Below, one piece after another: positions 1 through 12,376 of a stretch of 64,000 nt of DNA. Source of the stretch: an uncultured Nitrososphaerales archaeon (GTDB lineage Archaea > Thermoproteota > Nitrososphaeria > Nitrososphaerales > Nitrososphaeraceae). How positions within the stretch are numbered: the first letter of the stretch is position 1; each line of letters starts with the position of its first letter. The stretch spans positions 128,001 to 192,000 of the forward strand of contig CAVPXM010000021.1 of the NCBI GenBank assembly GCA_963709405.1, given 5' to 3'. The position numbers and the translations under genes are program-made. A model generated the notes under the pieces. It did no database searches and was not told the origin of the DNA. It worked only from the letters and a program-made list of their open reading frames with translations.

Positions 1-107
1 ATTATTGTACATTGAATTAATCTTCAAGATATGATAAGATACTACTATACAAATAAGGCGTAAGTCGAGTAACGCATGGTCTCTGAAGATAACGGAATGG
101 CTTGAGT

Positions 108-701
108 CTAGCTTATACCAACGCATAATGCTCTAATCGTCTCCGTCCAAATTTTCCTATTGTAGGTCTCATTTATGCCCAATAGCACATTTATTGTTAG
201 TCCATCATAGAGCGCTACTAGCCCGGCGGATATGGGTTCTACATCAATGTCGTTTCTCAGAAATCCCTTTTCAACCTGCTGACTTAAGTATTTGGACACT
301 ATCTCAAATATCCTAATTCTATGTTCGTAGTGAGCTTTGCGTAGTCTTGGATTACGTGATGATTCAGCTATAGTCTCCATAAATACTCGATCGCCCTTTC
401 TAGAAGTCTTTCTGAAGTTAACATAAAATTTTTCTGCATCAGAAGCAAGATCTTCTTTTCTCTTGAATAGCTTCGACATCTGCTCCTTTAATTCTATTAT
501 GTTATTTTGACAGATTGCATAGAATAGATCTTCCTTATTTTTAAAATAGAGGTATAGCGTGCCCTTGCTCAACCCCGCTCGCTCTGCGATATCATCCATC
601 CTCGTCCTGTCGAACCCAGCGATCGAAAAACACTCGATCGCTGCTCGAATTATTTTTTCCTTTATTTCTATTTTATACTGTAACGTAACTTTTGGACACA
701 T
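108..701 (-). CDS. TetR/AcrR family transcriptional regulator
   Basis: N-terminal TetR HTH (IIRAAIECF..GFDRTRMDDIAERAGLSKGTLYLYFKNKEDLF); start codon abuts the stop of the upstream membrane gene. Confidence 0.93.
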   Translation of the reverse strand: MCPKVTLQYKIEIKEKIIRAAIECFSIAGFDRTRMDDIAERAGLSKGTLYLYFKNKEDLFYAICQNNIIELKEQMSKLFKRKEDLASDAEKFYVNFRKTSRKGDRVFMETIAESSRNPRLRKAHYEHRIRIFEIVSKYLSQQVEKGFLRNDIDVEPISAGLVALYDGLTINVLLGINETYNRKIWTETIRALCVGIS

Positions 702-1853
702 TTATGAACCTGCTTCTCCATCTATTCTTGTGTCTGACATATTTTCGATACATTCCTCATGATGCCAAAGAATTTCAACCTTTGAAACGATCAATGCACT
801 AATCGCACCCATTAAAGCTCCAAATGGTAGTGCAAAGAATAGAACCACTGGTAACGTAATGATGAAGTCCTTATACAATTCTGACATCGAATGGAAAGTG
901 AAGCCTAGGGGCTGCGCAAATGTGATCGCAAGAAGTGGATAGCCCAAAATATAAAATAGTGATCCAATTATCGAACCCACAATAACGAAGGATTTTTCTC
1001 TACTAATACCCGAAGTACTGACTCGTGCTCTCTGAAGTACGATATCAGAGAGAAATGCAGCAATTATTAGTGAAAAATACACAGGCAGAAAAGGCATAAG
1101 ATCGGCTGACGGTACTATATTGGTAAAAATGTTAATTAGAACCACTATTGTAGTGACGGCAGTTGCAGACCAATTAATATTTAGAGTTCTGACTGCAATT
1201 AGCAATATGGCAGCATCAATTATCGGTAGAACCGTAATTGCAATTATTGATTCGGTAATTGGATTCAAGTTGAAGTTAAAATGTAATCCATTTGAAAGAG
1301 GCAATGTGAACAAATAAACGTACCAGATCACTGTTAACCACATAGCTGCAAAGGCAGGTATCATTACGAATTTTATCATCCGCTTTTGTCTCATTGCGCG
1401 AAGTTGAGTATCCATTCTCCCAAGACCTATAACCACCGCTACCGAATTTATGACAATTCCTGTTGCAAGTACGAAATGGGTAGGACTCAAGAGCCCGTCG
1501 ACTCCAAAAGCCCTATGCCATGCGAAGTCTGATGGACCAGCTATAGTCTGCAAGGATAGATCCTATTATAAACAATCTAAAGGATGTGATAATGGGGTTC
1601 GTATGCTCTAATTGACCTTTCAATATTATAATGGCGCTTATGGCAGCAGCGACTGCAAGGAGAATTACTCCGGTGTAAAGTAAGGCATGTGAAGGGGTAA
1701 AGAATGTCTCTGGTGTCAGCATCAAATGGGAAGTAACATCCCAGCTCACCCCTATTATCTGAAGAAAAGAACCACTTGCTGCTATAATAATACAAAGATG
1801 TACTTTCCAAAATTGTTATCCTTGCTTCGAGTGAACGTGGCAAAATTAGACAA
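702..1853 (-). CDS. Polytopic membrane protein with two DxxxH-x12-H motifs (AmoC/PmoC metal-site-like); reconstructed across two frameshifts (~1810, ~1552)
   Basis: ORFs 1513..1749 and 702..1553 join into one hydrophobic protein; motifs WDVTSHLMLTPETFFTPSH and SDFAWHRAFGVDGLLSPTH; probable TTG start at 1853. Confidence 0.7.
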
Positions 1854-1892
1854 CCTGTGATACGATGATATATAGAATCAACATAATAAATC

Positions 1893-1909
1893 TAACTGAC
1901 TAGTCAGTT

Positions 1910-1910
<1 letters not shown>
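1893..1910. promoter_or_regulatory. Perfect 18-bp palindrome TAACTGACTAGTCAGTTA, candidate TetR operator
   Basis: Perfect inverted repeat in the divergent promoter region upstream of the membrane protein-TetR operon. Confidence 0.7.
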
Positions 1911-2731
<821 letters not shown>

Positions 2732-3034
2732 AATACCTTACCTCAATGAGCTTAGAAATCAACGATTAATTTCAGGATACTTGCAAACCATATCACTCAA
2801 GATCCAGTTTAAGCCCGTATACTAGAGATACACAAGCTCAGGAACATTCACTATTCCAGTCTCCGTATTATTATCCCGAGGGAGTGATATAAATAAAGAG
2901 CTTTAGTCGGTATCACGACTTTTATTACATTTTACCCATATCTCAAACGGTCAAAGATACGTTTGTTATCCCTAGATACGCGTCCATAGCTCGTATGTAG
3001 CAATTTATATACAGCAGCCTAGTATACATATATA

Positions 3035-3265
3035 ATGTCTGAACCAGCAGTGTTGGATTGGGACAGAATTGTCCACAAAAATGTTAGATCGAGCGATGGC
3101 CAAGACGCCGGAAATATTGATGCTGTAGATGCTGATTCTATAGTTATAATCACTGAAGGCGCACGAGGAGAGTACAAGATCTCAAAGACACAAGTCGAAG
3201 GGTTTAACGGAGCAGAAGTCTTTTTGAAACTTACGTTGGGAGAATTGCAAAATTACAAAGTATGA
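3035..3265 (+). CDS. Small PRC-barrel-like protein
   Basis: 76 aa, KNVRSSDGQDAGNIDAV PRC-like motif; TATA-like TTTATATA ~30 bp upstream; T-tract downstream. Confidence 0.65.
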   Translation: MSEPAVLDWDRIVHKNVRSSDGQDAGNIDAVDADSIVIITEGARGEYKISKTQVEGFNGAEVFLKLTLGELQNYKV

Positions 3266-3737
3266 TTTTACAACAAGATCTCCCAACTAACATTTTTTCG
3301 AATAATATGATGATTCTAGGATTAGGGTATTTTTGCAGAATTGGTCCATTTAAATCACGCCGGTTCCATGGCTATTCAGTACCGATGAATTGAAGAAATC
3401 ACCGTTTATTACTGGTACTACTATCAGCAATACCTGATTTATCTTTAATACAACAATAGCCATTTAGAAGTTAAAACGCGTACATCAAAAGATATCACGA
3501 ACTAAAATAATTGTTGTAGGTAGGACAATTTAGCTCTAATTGAAAGTTTCGAATGCAATGAATTGCAGTAACCTCCGTGACTATGAGATAGCTCTGGGTA
3601 AGTTTTAATCCATTTAGTTAAAGGTTAATAAGCCGCCTAATAAGGAAGTTCTAGTCAAACGTACTTGATATTTTGGAGCGAGTCTTTTTCTAAAATCTCA
3701 ATATTTGGGTATGCTCACTTAGAAGAGATGTCGTGTC

Positions 3738-4331
3738 GTGCGTTCAAGTCGCAGACTTCTATTATGTAGGTCAGTCATAATAATACTAATTTTGACATGC
3801 ATGGAGTATACGATTATCCAAGCTGTTGTAGCAGCTTGGCCATTGTTGTCTTTGGTCGATGAAAGTTCGAGCGACTTTACTAACTCCGTAGCAAATCTAT
3901 TTTTTTATTTAGTCCTGGTCATATTAACCGGTATTGCATATTCAATTAGGAGGCAAACCTTTCCAGTTATCATCGGCATCACCTTCATTTTGTTGAGTTG
4001 CCTAACGTGGTATTACGTATCCATTGGAGATCAATTTTCAGTAACTATGTTTGGGTATAAAGTTATTGCCTTACTATTGTGGATAGCGGCTTCTAGCATT
4101 TTGATCAGGAAATTTCAGAAGAAATCCAAGAGACGAAACTTCACTATACCAGTTAAACGAGATACTATTCATGGACAGAAAAACAAATGTGCGATTTGCA
4201 AAACAGGATTAGAAATTTACGGACTAGATTTTCACCACTCTGATGGCGATAGGTCAAATAATAAAAGATCGAATTGTAGGGCATTATGTACTCCTTGTCA
4301 CAGAAGAAGACATGCTGACGTTGGAACCTAG
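3738..4331 (+). CDS. Membrane protein with C-terminal HNH endonuclease domain
   Basis: 3-4 hydrophobic segments, then CAICK..DFHHSDGDRSNNKRSNCRALCTPCH (Zn-binding HNH signature). Confidence 0.8.
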   Translation: MRSSRRLLLCRSVIIILILTCMEYTIIQAVVAAWPLLSLVDESSSDFTNSVANLFFYLVLVILTGIAYSIRRQTFPVIIGITFILLSCLTWYYVSIGDQFSVTMFGYKVIALLLWIAASSILIRKFQKKSKRRNFTIPVKRDTIHGQKNKCAICKTGLEIYGLDFHHSDGDRSNNKRSNCRALCTPCHRRRHADVGT

Positions 4332-4554
4332 GCACTAGTCTTTTATAGATTCTAGCTTATCTTGTTCAACCGATTTACACGTTTCTCATTATATGATATA
4401 CCGGTACAGATCTCGAAAAAATGTTACCTAGCTACGTAACATAATGACTGAGAACTAAATACCCTGGGTATACTATTAGCATGGGCTATGGCTTACCACG
4501 AATGATGAATTGCATGCGATATAGCAGCTAGGCATGGTTCTAATTAATGCAATT

Positions 4555-5115
4555 TCATTGTATAACGGCAGGCAGTATAAATGCAAAGGTAGCTCCATTT
4601 CCTTCAGAATTATTTTTTCCCCATATCATCCCGCCATTTTCGATCTCTAACATCTTATCCCTGGCCGGTCTAGACTTATGCCAGAGAGTTTCAAAGATGT
4701 ATTGCTGATGTTGTACTATTTCCTGCACATTACTGTAAATAATTTGATCTGCAGGTTTTCCTTTATCATGTACAACCGCTGATGATAGGTATACCATCTC
4801 GCTCAAATATAAGTTTCCTTTTATTCCATCCAAGTGATTCAGGGCATCTACAATCTTCATTAATGCCTTACAATATGTAATATTTCTTGAAGTAATTTGG
4901 GTGATATATCTGAATCTTACACCCCTTGCCTTGGCATCAATCATTAATTTCATAAGTCGTTCATTTTCGATTATTGACGAAGGTCCAGTATCGTCCACGC
5001 ATGCGTCAATCCGCAATCCGGCACTTGAGATGAAGTCTGATATCACTTTCATTACATTCTGTTTACCGCGGAGTACCTCAGTATGCTCAAGTTTCGTGTT
5101 CGATCGAGTTGACAC
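4555..5115 (-). pseudogene. Internally deleted sensor histidine kinase: TrmB/PLD-like input domain fused to the last HATPase strands
   Basis: GVRFRYITQIT..NITYCKALM..HLDGIKGN..IIYSNVQEIVQHQQYIFETLW followed directly by GGMIWGKNNSEGNGATFAFILP; no HisKA, N-box or G-boxes. Confidence 0.65.
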
Positions 5116-6099
5116 AAATAATTATAGTAATCTACTATGATCTATAAAAATTTATACCACTAATATACCGATGTTACGTAATCTTATGAATGATTCGCCC
5201 ATAATATGATGATTTTTATTCAAACTCGCTACAAATGGTAGCCCAATCATCACCCTGAAAAATGTGTTATACAATGGTGCTTTCCTTTGTAAAGGAGGCC
5301 TCACAACGACACACTTCGAATTTCGTAAACAAGTTTGCTAAGATTGAACGTATTATATTAGCATACCAGTGTCTTGCGATCACGCTGACATCAACTCTTT
5401 TACTTAAGGATCGTCTATCGTGTACCATCAAATATCGAGTTATCGGGGTTTCGCATATCCCTGACCATGCGTGTTCCGTAATTGAAGAGGAAAATAGCCA
5501 GTGATTTCTATGGGTTGGTGGTTAGGCTGATGAAAGGAATATTGTTGGAAAAGTATACATTCTCATGTATTAAACCAGAATAATGTTTAATACTCGCTAA
5601 TTATCTTGAAATAAATTACTGACCTTGCCATTGCTTCTGTGGTTATCCCTTGTAAATCAACCTATTTGTCCTACTATACTGTGGAGCACACGCCTGTTTA
5701 ACTTCAATATTAAATTGATTGGAACACCTGGATTTGATAGATAGAAGGTGGTTTGAATCTAGTGTTTTCTTTCTACTAATAATTAGATACGATTTCTTTA
5801 TCTATCTATCTATACTGACCAAAGTTAATCGCTTAACCCTTGGCCCGTGTGGCGATGTATGCATCCTTATAGATGTGTCTCTTTTGTAATAACAAGATCT
5901 ACTTCACGTTCCTACCTATCTCTACAATGTGGCTTATGTGTATACTCCATGGTGGAATATGCTACGCCTTACTGCTGATTGCACGAGTCTAGCCAATACT
6001 TGGAGGCTATATGTCGGCAATGGCATGAACTATAAGAGGTAATGCATAACAGTTAAAATTAATGTAGCGTCAGCTGATCAATACTGGTATTAGATATAA

Positions 6100-7191
6100 T
6101 TATGCAAGTTTCCGCATCTTCCCAGGTTTTTGCATGTTGATCATCTTTGATAACCCTTGCATGTAATTCTTTGCAAATGTAGTTACTGGCTGAGAGGAAT
6201 ACCAAATGCAGCCGAGTACTTTACAATCGTGACAGGTTTTGGCTATATCCCATTGCGGAGCATTCCAGATTTCATCAATGGTTTGCTCTAGTAGATTGTA
6301 AGTGTTTTGAGGACTATTGAATTTCCAGCATGGGACCAGAACTGTGCCATTCCCATTAATAAAGACGCTTTTCCACACACCACATTCGTCAAATACTCCC
6401 CTTCCATTTTCGATTATTTGCTCAAAATATTGCCTAGGGATCATTATTTGGGGCGATGAGTGTTTTTTTCCATACTCCAATATACTTTCACAGACACGGA
6501 CCATAGTGCGACGATCTGGAAGCAAAGTGTAATCAACATCAGATCGATCTTCTACAAATGTAAACGAAACGGCGTTGGAACCTAATTCCCTTGCTCTTTC
6601 GAAATAAGATTGGTTTATGAATTCCTCAGTATTGTACTTAGTAATAACACTGTTAAAGTAGTGAGGTATCTTATATTCGGTTAGGAGTTGAAGATTTTCT
6701 ATAACTCTCTGGTATACTGAAGGAGTAACGCCTCGTACTTTGCAGTAGGAATCTTCAAAGACAGAATCGATACTACAAGTAATAAATTGAACATAATTTT
6801 TTAATTCATTGAGATCGATGTTATGAAGAAGAGAACAATTAGTAATCACTGTAATAGGCATTTTTAGATTATATATATACCTAACAATCTCCATAAAGTC
6901 AGGACGGCTTGTTGGTTCGCCGCCTTCTATGATTGACCAGATACAATATTTTGAGACTTTGTCAAAAATCAATTTCCATTGCTCTGTAGTTAAGTCATTA
7001 TTCCTTGCAAGGTCGATTTGACTAGTCTTATCAGGATCTCCAAAAGGACACATTGGGCAGTAAAAGTTGCAGTAATGTGTGAGACTGAATACCGCAATCA
7101 ATGGGCGCCTCCTTCCGATAAGCCTGTTGCCCGACCAATTCCCCAAAATCTTGATTGTACGTATGGTGTCAACTACCAACAGTAATGTCAA
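6100..7191 (-). CDS. Radical SAM protein with SPASM/twitch-type C-terminal domain
   Basis: CNFYCPMC (CxxxCxxC), GGEP, C-terminal ECG..VPCW..CHDCKVLGC. Confidence 0.9.
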   Translation of the reverse strand: MTLLLVVDTIRTIKILGNWSGNRLIGRRRPLIAVFSLTHYCNFYCPMCPFGDPDKTSQIDLARNNDLTTEQWKLIFDKVSKYCIWSIIEGGEPTSRPDFMEIVRYIYNLKMPITVITNCSLLHNIDLNELKNYVQFITCSIDSVFEDSYCKVRGVTPSVYQRVIENLQLLTEYKIPHYFNSVITKYNTEEFINQSYFERARELGSNAVSFTFVEDRSDVDYTLLPDRRTMVRVCESILEYGKKHSSPQIMIPRQYFEQIIENGRGVFDECGVWKSVFINGNGTVLVPCWKFNSPQNTYNLLEQTIDEIWNAPQWDIAKTCHDCKVLGCIWYSSQPVTTFAKNYMQGLSKMINMQKPGKMRKLA

Positions 7192-7463
7192 TGAGTGAAG
7201 ATTTATTAGTATTTTGCTAGGTCTAGTTCCGGTACTCGTTGTAATAATGGAGGATGGTCATACTGACCGTATTGCGGTTAGCTCCTCGTGGATCTCCTTT
7301 TCGTTGCTGACTCGCACAAGGAGATTGAAAGATGTTTCAAGATATCTTTTTGCTACTCGTTCAATTCTTTGGATAACTAATGGCATAATCTCAGTAACGA
7401 TGTGGACCAGTTTTCTCGAAGAAAGAAAAGTAGTAATAACCTATCTTATTATAAGATGATAGT

Positions 7464-7742
7464 TTGACAAGTTCCAAACATTTTACAATTGAAGAAGCAA
7501 AAAGAATTGGTGAAGCACTTGGAATTGATTGGAGTAAGTTTGACGTTGAACAATTTAGAATGGGGTTAAATGTCGAGCTAGAACATGGTAAGAGAGATTC
7601 CAGTACCAACGTAACGCAAGATGACGAGGTAGTTACTGGAAAAATTGCGCTTGCACATCTAAATGAGTTTCCAGACTACTACACTCGACTTCAAAAAATG
7701 GAAACTGAAGCCGGTGAAGATATGGATAAAACTAAAAAATGA
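7464..7742 (+). CDS. Conserved small protein (DUF5661-like)
   Basis: EQFRMGLNVELEHG..TGKIALAHLNEFPDYYTRL motif. Confidence 0.75.
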   Translation: MTSSKHFTIEEAKRIGEALGIDWSKFDVEQFRMGLNVELEHGKRDSSTNVTQDDEVVTGKIALAHLNEFPDYYTRLQKMETEAGEDMDKTKK

Positions 7743-8665
7743 AAGTAAATGTGACACGAGAACATCCCACACTTTTCACAATAAAGATCAGAAGACTTAC
7801 CATCCCATCTTCTCAATCCTGTTTTGAAATAGAAACCAAGCACTAGGCCTCACTATCAACATGTCTTTTATGGTTTTCTTTGTGTATATGAATAGGTGAG
7901 AAATTTGGCCCTTTGGAGATTTTTAGAATGCCAGATTGATTTGAGTACCAAACAATACAACGCAGGTATAGCTATAAGGTAATAATAAGAGCGTTACTTT
8001 CCGATCTAAAATAGACGTCGATTATAATTATATGAAAATGTCTACTTGACTAAAGGCATGAATATTCGCAACATAGTATTACACAATCCACGATTGTAAT
8101 TTCTTGCTAGTAATTCAATCGTTTAGTAAGATCAGGTGTAGTTATATCCTCCCAACAGTTTAAACAATAGTCGCCTAAAACGTTATACACCTCAACTTCA
8201 CTCTTTTTACATTTTTCACATATATAAATTAAAACATCCATATTCAATGTTGTAATAATTACAACGTGTATCAGCTATATGTATTGTTCCCTACTAATGT
8301 GCTTATTACTTTGATTAATGTATATCCCTAACGAACTTTCACAGAACTCGTAGTATTAATTTGATAGGCAATATCTTTGTAACTTCATGATGCCTTCTAC
8401 TCGTTCACATAACCAGACCATTTGGAGTTGGAGTTGACTAGTATCTATCTCTCTGATCCACTATGTCCTCTACCAGGAAGCACGCGTGAAAGATGCAACC
8501 AGCATCACGATTTATGACTTGCTTAATGCCTAATCAGCCATTCCTTACATTCCATCTTCCAACTAAACGATCTGCATCCAGGAATGGAACATAATAGCCA
8601 GCCATTACCGATTTGTAAATAATCATGTTGGTGTTCAGAAGCCATGATTTGAGGTTCAGTCCTTT

Positions 8666-8955
8666 TTACCGGTTTTTCCTTCTGCGGGAGTAATTACCAT
8701 CGGAAAATCTTAGTTGTGGATCTCCCGATGTTACGGCTTGTAGTATAACCATAGCGACTTCTTTTGACGAGGGTTTTTCATTCTCTTCATGATATAAATT
8801 CAGTGATTGTAGCATAGGGATTTTGGATGTATCTTTTTTTGCTGAGGCGCTTGAGTTCAAAATGTTAGGTCTAATGACACCGGGTTCAATTATGAGTCAC
8901 TAATCCGAGCGCTAGTTCATAAGCGGTACATCGCTAAGCATTACGCCGCAAATAT
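8666..8955 (-). pseudogene. Decayed short-chain dehydrogenase C-terminal remnant
   Basis: IIEPGVIRPN just upstream of ORF 8666..8860, and EVAMVILQAVTSGDPQLRF typical of SDR C-termini; rest missing. Confidence 0.5.
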
Positions 8956-9416
8956 TGTCCGAGAATGCAGCAATTGATCAATCTTAAGCAAAAACAAGAT
9001 GAATTACATCGTACAAGTTTAGAGAAACACTCATAATATCATGTCTAAAAATTAATACAATTGTCTATTTCGTCAGCCGGCATTGCTAAGGCCAACTGAA
9101 TCCACATCATGAACGAATCAAAACATTTAAAGAATTTCGAGTAGATATTTTATCCCGAATCCATATATACGTCGCGGAAGTCATACATGTACTGGAGGAT
9201 TGACGATGATTTCGTTCGGCATGCTATCAATGTACCGGTTAAAAATATCAGATTTTTCTGAATTTTCAACAATCCTGAATTGGCAGCCGTGCTAAAAACT
9301 GTAAACAAGATAGGCCTGAGACATTGGTTCAGATTGAAAATAGGATAAAGCCATAAAAAAAGTCCTGAATTAGTAACATGTCTTATGATGATTTGCTATT
9401 CTGAAATGGGAAAGTA

Positions 9417-9599
9417 TTGCCTCCAAGACCTAAAAGAAAGCTCATTAAAAGAGGTGCAGAGGCAGACATTTTTGTGATCAGTTGGTTTGGAGAAAAGGCA
9501 ATTTCAAAGATAAGAAAACCCAAGCCCTATCGAAATCTATTGCTGGACAGCGAGATTCGCAAAAAAGGACTCTTTGCGCGACTCAATTGCGTCCTTTGA
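9417..9599 (+). pseudogene. bud32: 5' fragment of KEOPS kinase Bud32
   Basis: LIKRGAEADIF..AISKIRKPKPYRNLLLDSEIRKKRT matches the Bud32 N-lobe; similarity ends near 9585. Confidence 0.75.
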
Positions 9600-9827
9600 A
9601 CATTGTCCCTTTTGAAGCAACAACAAAAACTATGTATTTCTATCTTGACACTATTACTAATTTTTTTACATTGCAGCAAGCCTCTATGAACTAGCTTGAT
9701 CTACTAGCAATATGAGCCGATCACCAAAGCCTTAAGACGTGCTATTTATCTCAGTTTACGTAATCAAATCGATTCATCATTTTGTATTGCTAAGCTTAGC
9801 ATATGAGGCATATTTGGTACCTATATT

Positions 9828-9851
9828 TATATATAGTAATGACTATATATA
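9828..9851. promoter_or_regulatory. Inverted repeat TATATATAGT-N4-ACTATATATA over the promoter of a small RHH-like gene
   Basis: Perfect 10-bp arms ending 23 bp before ATG 9875; second palindrome TGCTAAGCTTAGCA at 9788-9801. Confidence 0.5.
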
Positions 9852-9874
9852 CATAGGTTATCTTCATTTACATA

Positions 9875-10003
9875 ATGGCTAAGACTACTATATTGGTTGA
9901 GACTGAAACAAGGGACAGACTCCGCCTAAGGGGAACTAAGGGAGATACTTATGATGATATAATTAATAAGTTGCTCAAACAAACGGAAGGATTAAAGAAA
10001 TGA
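9875..10003 (+). CDS. 42-aa ribbon-helix-helix / antitoxin-like DNA-binding protein (not in ORF track)
   Basis: MAKTTILVETETRDRLRLRGTKGDTYDDIINKLLKQTEGLKK: TTI.V...TRDRL...G..G.TYDDII..LL pattern of archaeal RHH-like proteins. Confidence 0.75.
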   Translation: MAKTTILVETETRDRLRLRGTKGDTYDDIINKLLKQTEGLKK

Positions 10004-10109
10004 TTGATATGGTCGTAGTTTGGGATGCTTACCTGGGCTCTACACAGGTCACACTTGCGTACGAAATATATGACGTGCTCAAGACGAGAAAAGCGGGCTA
10101 GATTAATTC

Positions 10110-10325
10110 GTGAACCTAAACACACGGATTAGGAATCTGTCATACTTGTCGGACTTCGATTATGAGCTGGAGAAAGAGTTAGTGATCTTCTCAAGGAATA
10201 ATAGAGATGACCTCAGAAAGCGACTTCAAGCTCGCTTGACGGAAATGATTATCACAATAATCACTATGCTGATTGCATTCTTGGTAATAGCCTCGTCTAC
10301 TCTCCTGTCCGATGCAACACCATAG
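10110..10325 (+). CDS. Small hypothetical protein with C-terminal transmembrane helix
   Basis: 71-aa ORF co-oriented after the RHH gene and a 33-codon ATGA-coupled ORF (10000..10101). Confidence 0.35.
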   Translation: MNLNTRIRNLSYLSDFDYELEKELVIFSRNNRDDLRKRLQARLTEMIITIITMLIAFLVIASSTLLSDATP

Positions 10326-10930
10326 TTTAATAACCAACCCATTTTATTCAGATTAGTGCAATTGTGCGATCACGGATTTTGCACGCGCAGCATTTTTTAG
10401 AATTAGTCACCAAGGGAATTCAAGTTTACTGAAACCTATATTATGATTCTATCCAAATTCAGAAGAAGGCATCGCACCTTGAACGTGTAGAAGTCGAGTG
10501 TTATTCAAACTATATCTCAGTAAACGTAGTACTTTTGATATTACTTCATTGAATATCGAGGTTAGCGGTACACTTACATATAGTGAACACTAATGATACT
10601 TGTTAAGGACTAATGTCATCTTAAAATGCAAGAAAATGATTTTATATCTGTAGATCGTTGCCCTGCACTAGACATTTCTTAGTTCAGTAATTTGACGATA
10701 ATTATCGATGGAACGAACTTGTCCTTATAAAACGTTGCGTTGAATTACCACAGGATTATAAAATATATATGTGGTTGATTTTAGTTGGAACATGTCATTT
10801 AGTTTATGCGTTTACATGTTTTGTGCTAGTCATATTATTAGCACGAGTCTATCCATAATATTTCGAACTGCATATGAAGTAAATAATAATCAATCATGAT
10901 TTCTCTTAAGCCATAAAATAGGGTAAGAAC

Positions 10931-12376
10931 TTGAACTACAAATGGATCGCACTAAGCAACACCACCATCGGTACACTGATGGCATCACTTGATAGAAATA
11001 TCGTTGTCATAGCCCTACCTACCATTGCATCCGAGTTACACACTTCTCTTCTAACTTTGGTATGGATCGCTCTTGGTTATTGGGTTGTGACTGCATGTGT
11101 ACTCTTGAATTTTGGTAGGTTGGCAGATATGTTTGGGAGAGTTAGATTATACAACATTGGTTTTATACTATTCACGATAGGCTCTGCATTGTGTAGTATA
11201 TCGTATACTGGAGAACAATTGATAATATTTCGAGTCATCCAGGCTTTTGGCGCAGCATTTCTTTTTTCCAATAGTGCTGCAATACTCACAGATACATTTC
11301 CAGAGAATGAAAGAGGTAAGGCATTGGGGCTAAATCAAGTATCGATAGTGGTCGGGTCTGTGATAGGACTTACGCTTGGAGGCTTCTTAACCTCTTATTT
11401 AGGATGGAGATCTATATTTTGGATAAACCTACCAATAGGTGGATTTGCGACTATTTGGGCTTATTTTAAGTTACGTGAATTAGGAACTATTAAGAGAGAG
11501 AGAATAGATTGGCTAGGAAATGCTACGTTAGCATTTGGCCTTCTTTTTATATTGATTGGAATAACTTTTGCATCTTTTCAAATTTTCAATCACTTTCAAA
11601 ATTCTTTATTTATCATAGCTGGGTTTGCCTTACTAATACTTTTTTATTTTGTTGAGAAACGTGTATCCAGACCTATGTTCGATCTTTCTCTATTCAAGAT
11701 AAATCTTTTTACTGGCGGAAACATAGCTATATTTCTTAACGCACTTGCCAGAGGTGCATTTACATTAGTTATGGCATTCTATCTTCAAGGATGGTCTATG
11801 AATCTTAGTCCACTCAATGCAGGAATATATTTGATCCCAGTTTCTGTGTCTTTGGCAGTCTTTGCACCGGTAACTGGATGGTTATATGACAGATACAAAT
11901 CTAGGATCTTCATACCTATCGGATTACTTACTTCAGCAGCAGGTTTTCTTATACTGTCGGGGATTGGAGCAACCACATCATTCTATTCGGCCATAATTCC
12001 TCTGGTCTTGGTAGGGGCAGGTATGGGAATATTTGCCTCACCAAACCGAGCTACAATAATGAGTTCAGTTCCATCTCATAGAAGAGGAGTTGCTGCTGCC
12101 ATTAGCACTACCTTGGTTATGACAGGAAGTGCATTCAGTATAGGTATGGTATTCTTGATATTTACTCAGGTTATGCCGTTACATATCGTTCAAAGTATTT
12201 TTATTGGTTCTTCTACCTCATCGTCAGATGCTGTTAGAATAATTGTTCCCAAATTTATGAATTCATTACACATTATATTTCTACTATCTGCATTTCTAAT
12301 GCTTGTTTCAATTGTACCATCCATGATGACGCCGAACTTAAAAATGAAATTTTTCTCCTTCTTAGGAATGTCATAG
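10931..12376 (+). CDS. MFS transporter, DHA2 (EmrB/QacA-like, 14 TMS)
   Basis: MASLDRNIVVIALPTI, GRLADMFGR motif A, GWRSIFWINLPIG. Confidence 0.93.
   Translation: MNYKWIALSNTTIGTLMASLDRNIVVIALPTIASELHTSLLTLVWIALGYWVVTACVLLNFGRLADMFGRVRLYNIGFILFTIGSALCSISYTGEQLIIFRVIQAFGAAFLFSNSAAILTDTFPENERGKALGLNQVSIVVGSVIGLTLGGFLTSYLGWRSIFWINLPIGGFATIWAYFKLRELGTIKRERIDWLGNATLAFGLLFILIGITFASFQIFNHFQNSLFIIAGFALLILFYFVEKRVSRPMFDLSLFKINLFTGGNIAIFLNALARGAFTLVMAFYLQGWSMNLSPLNAGIYLIPVSVSLAVFAPVTGWLYDRYKSRIFIPIGLLTSAAGFLILSGIGATTSFYSAIIPLVLVGAGMGIFASPNRATIMSSVPSHRRGVAAAISTTLVMTGSAFSIGMVFLIFTQVMPLHIVQSIFIGSSTSSSDAVRIIVPKFMNSLHIIFLLSAFLMLVSIVPSMMTPNLKMKFFSFLGMS

Noticed and set aside
5262-5504. 80-aa ORF, and the similarly weak ORFs at 7214, 20345-20906, 22037 and 28851
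   Set aside because: No recognisable motifs; cannot be distinguished from chance ORFs or decayed remnants.
6100-7191. Radical SAM/SPASM enzyme as part of the YcaO RiPP system
   Set aside because: More than 30 kb away, with no convincing precursor or RRE domain beside it.
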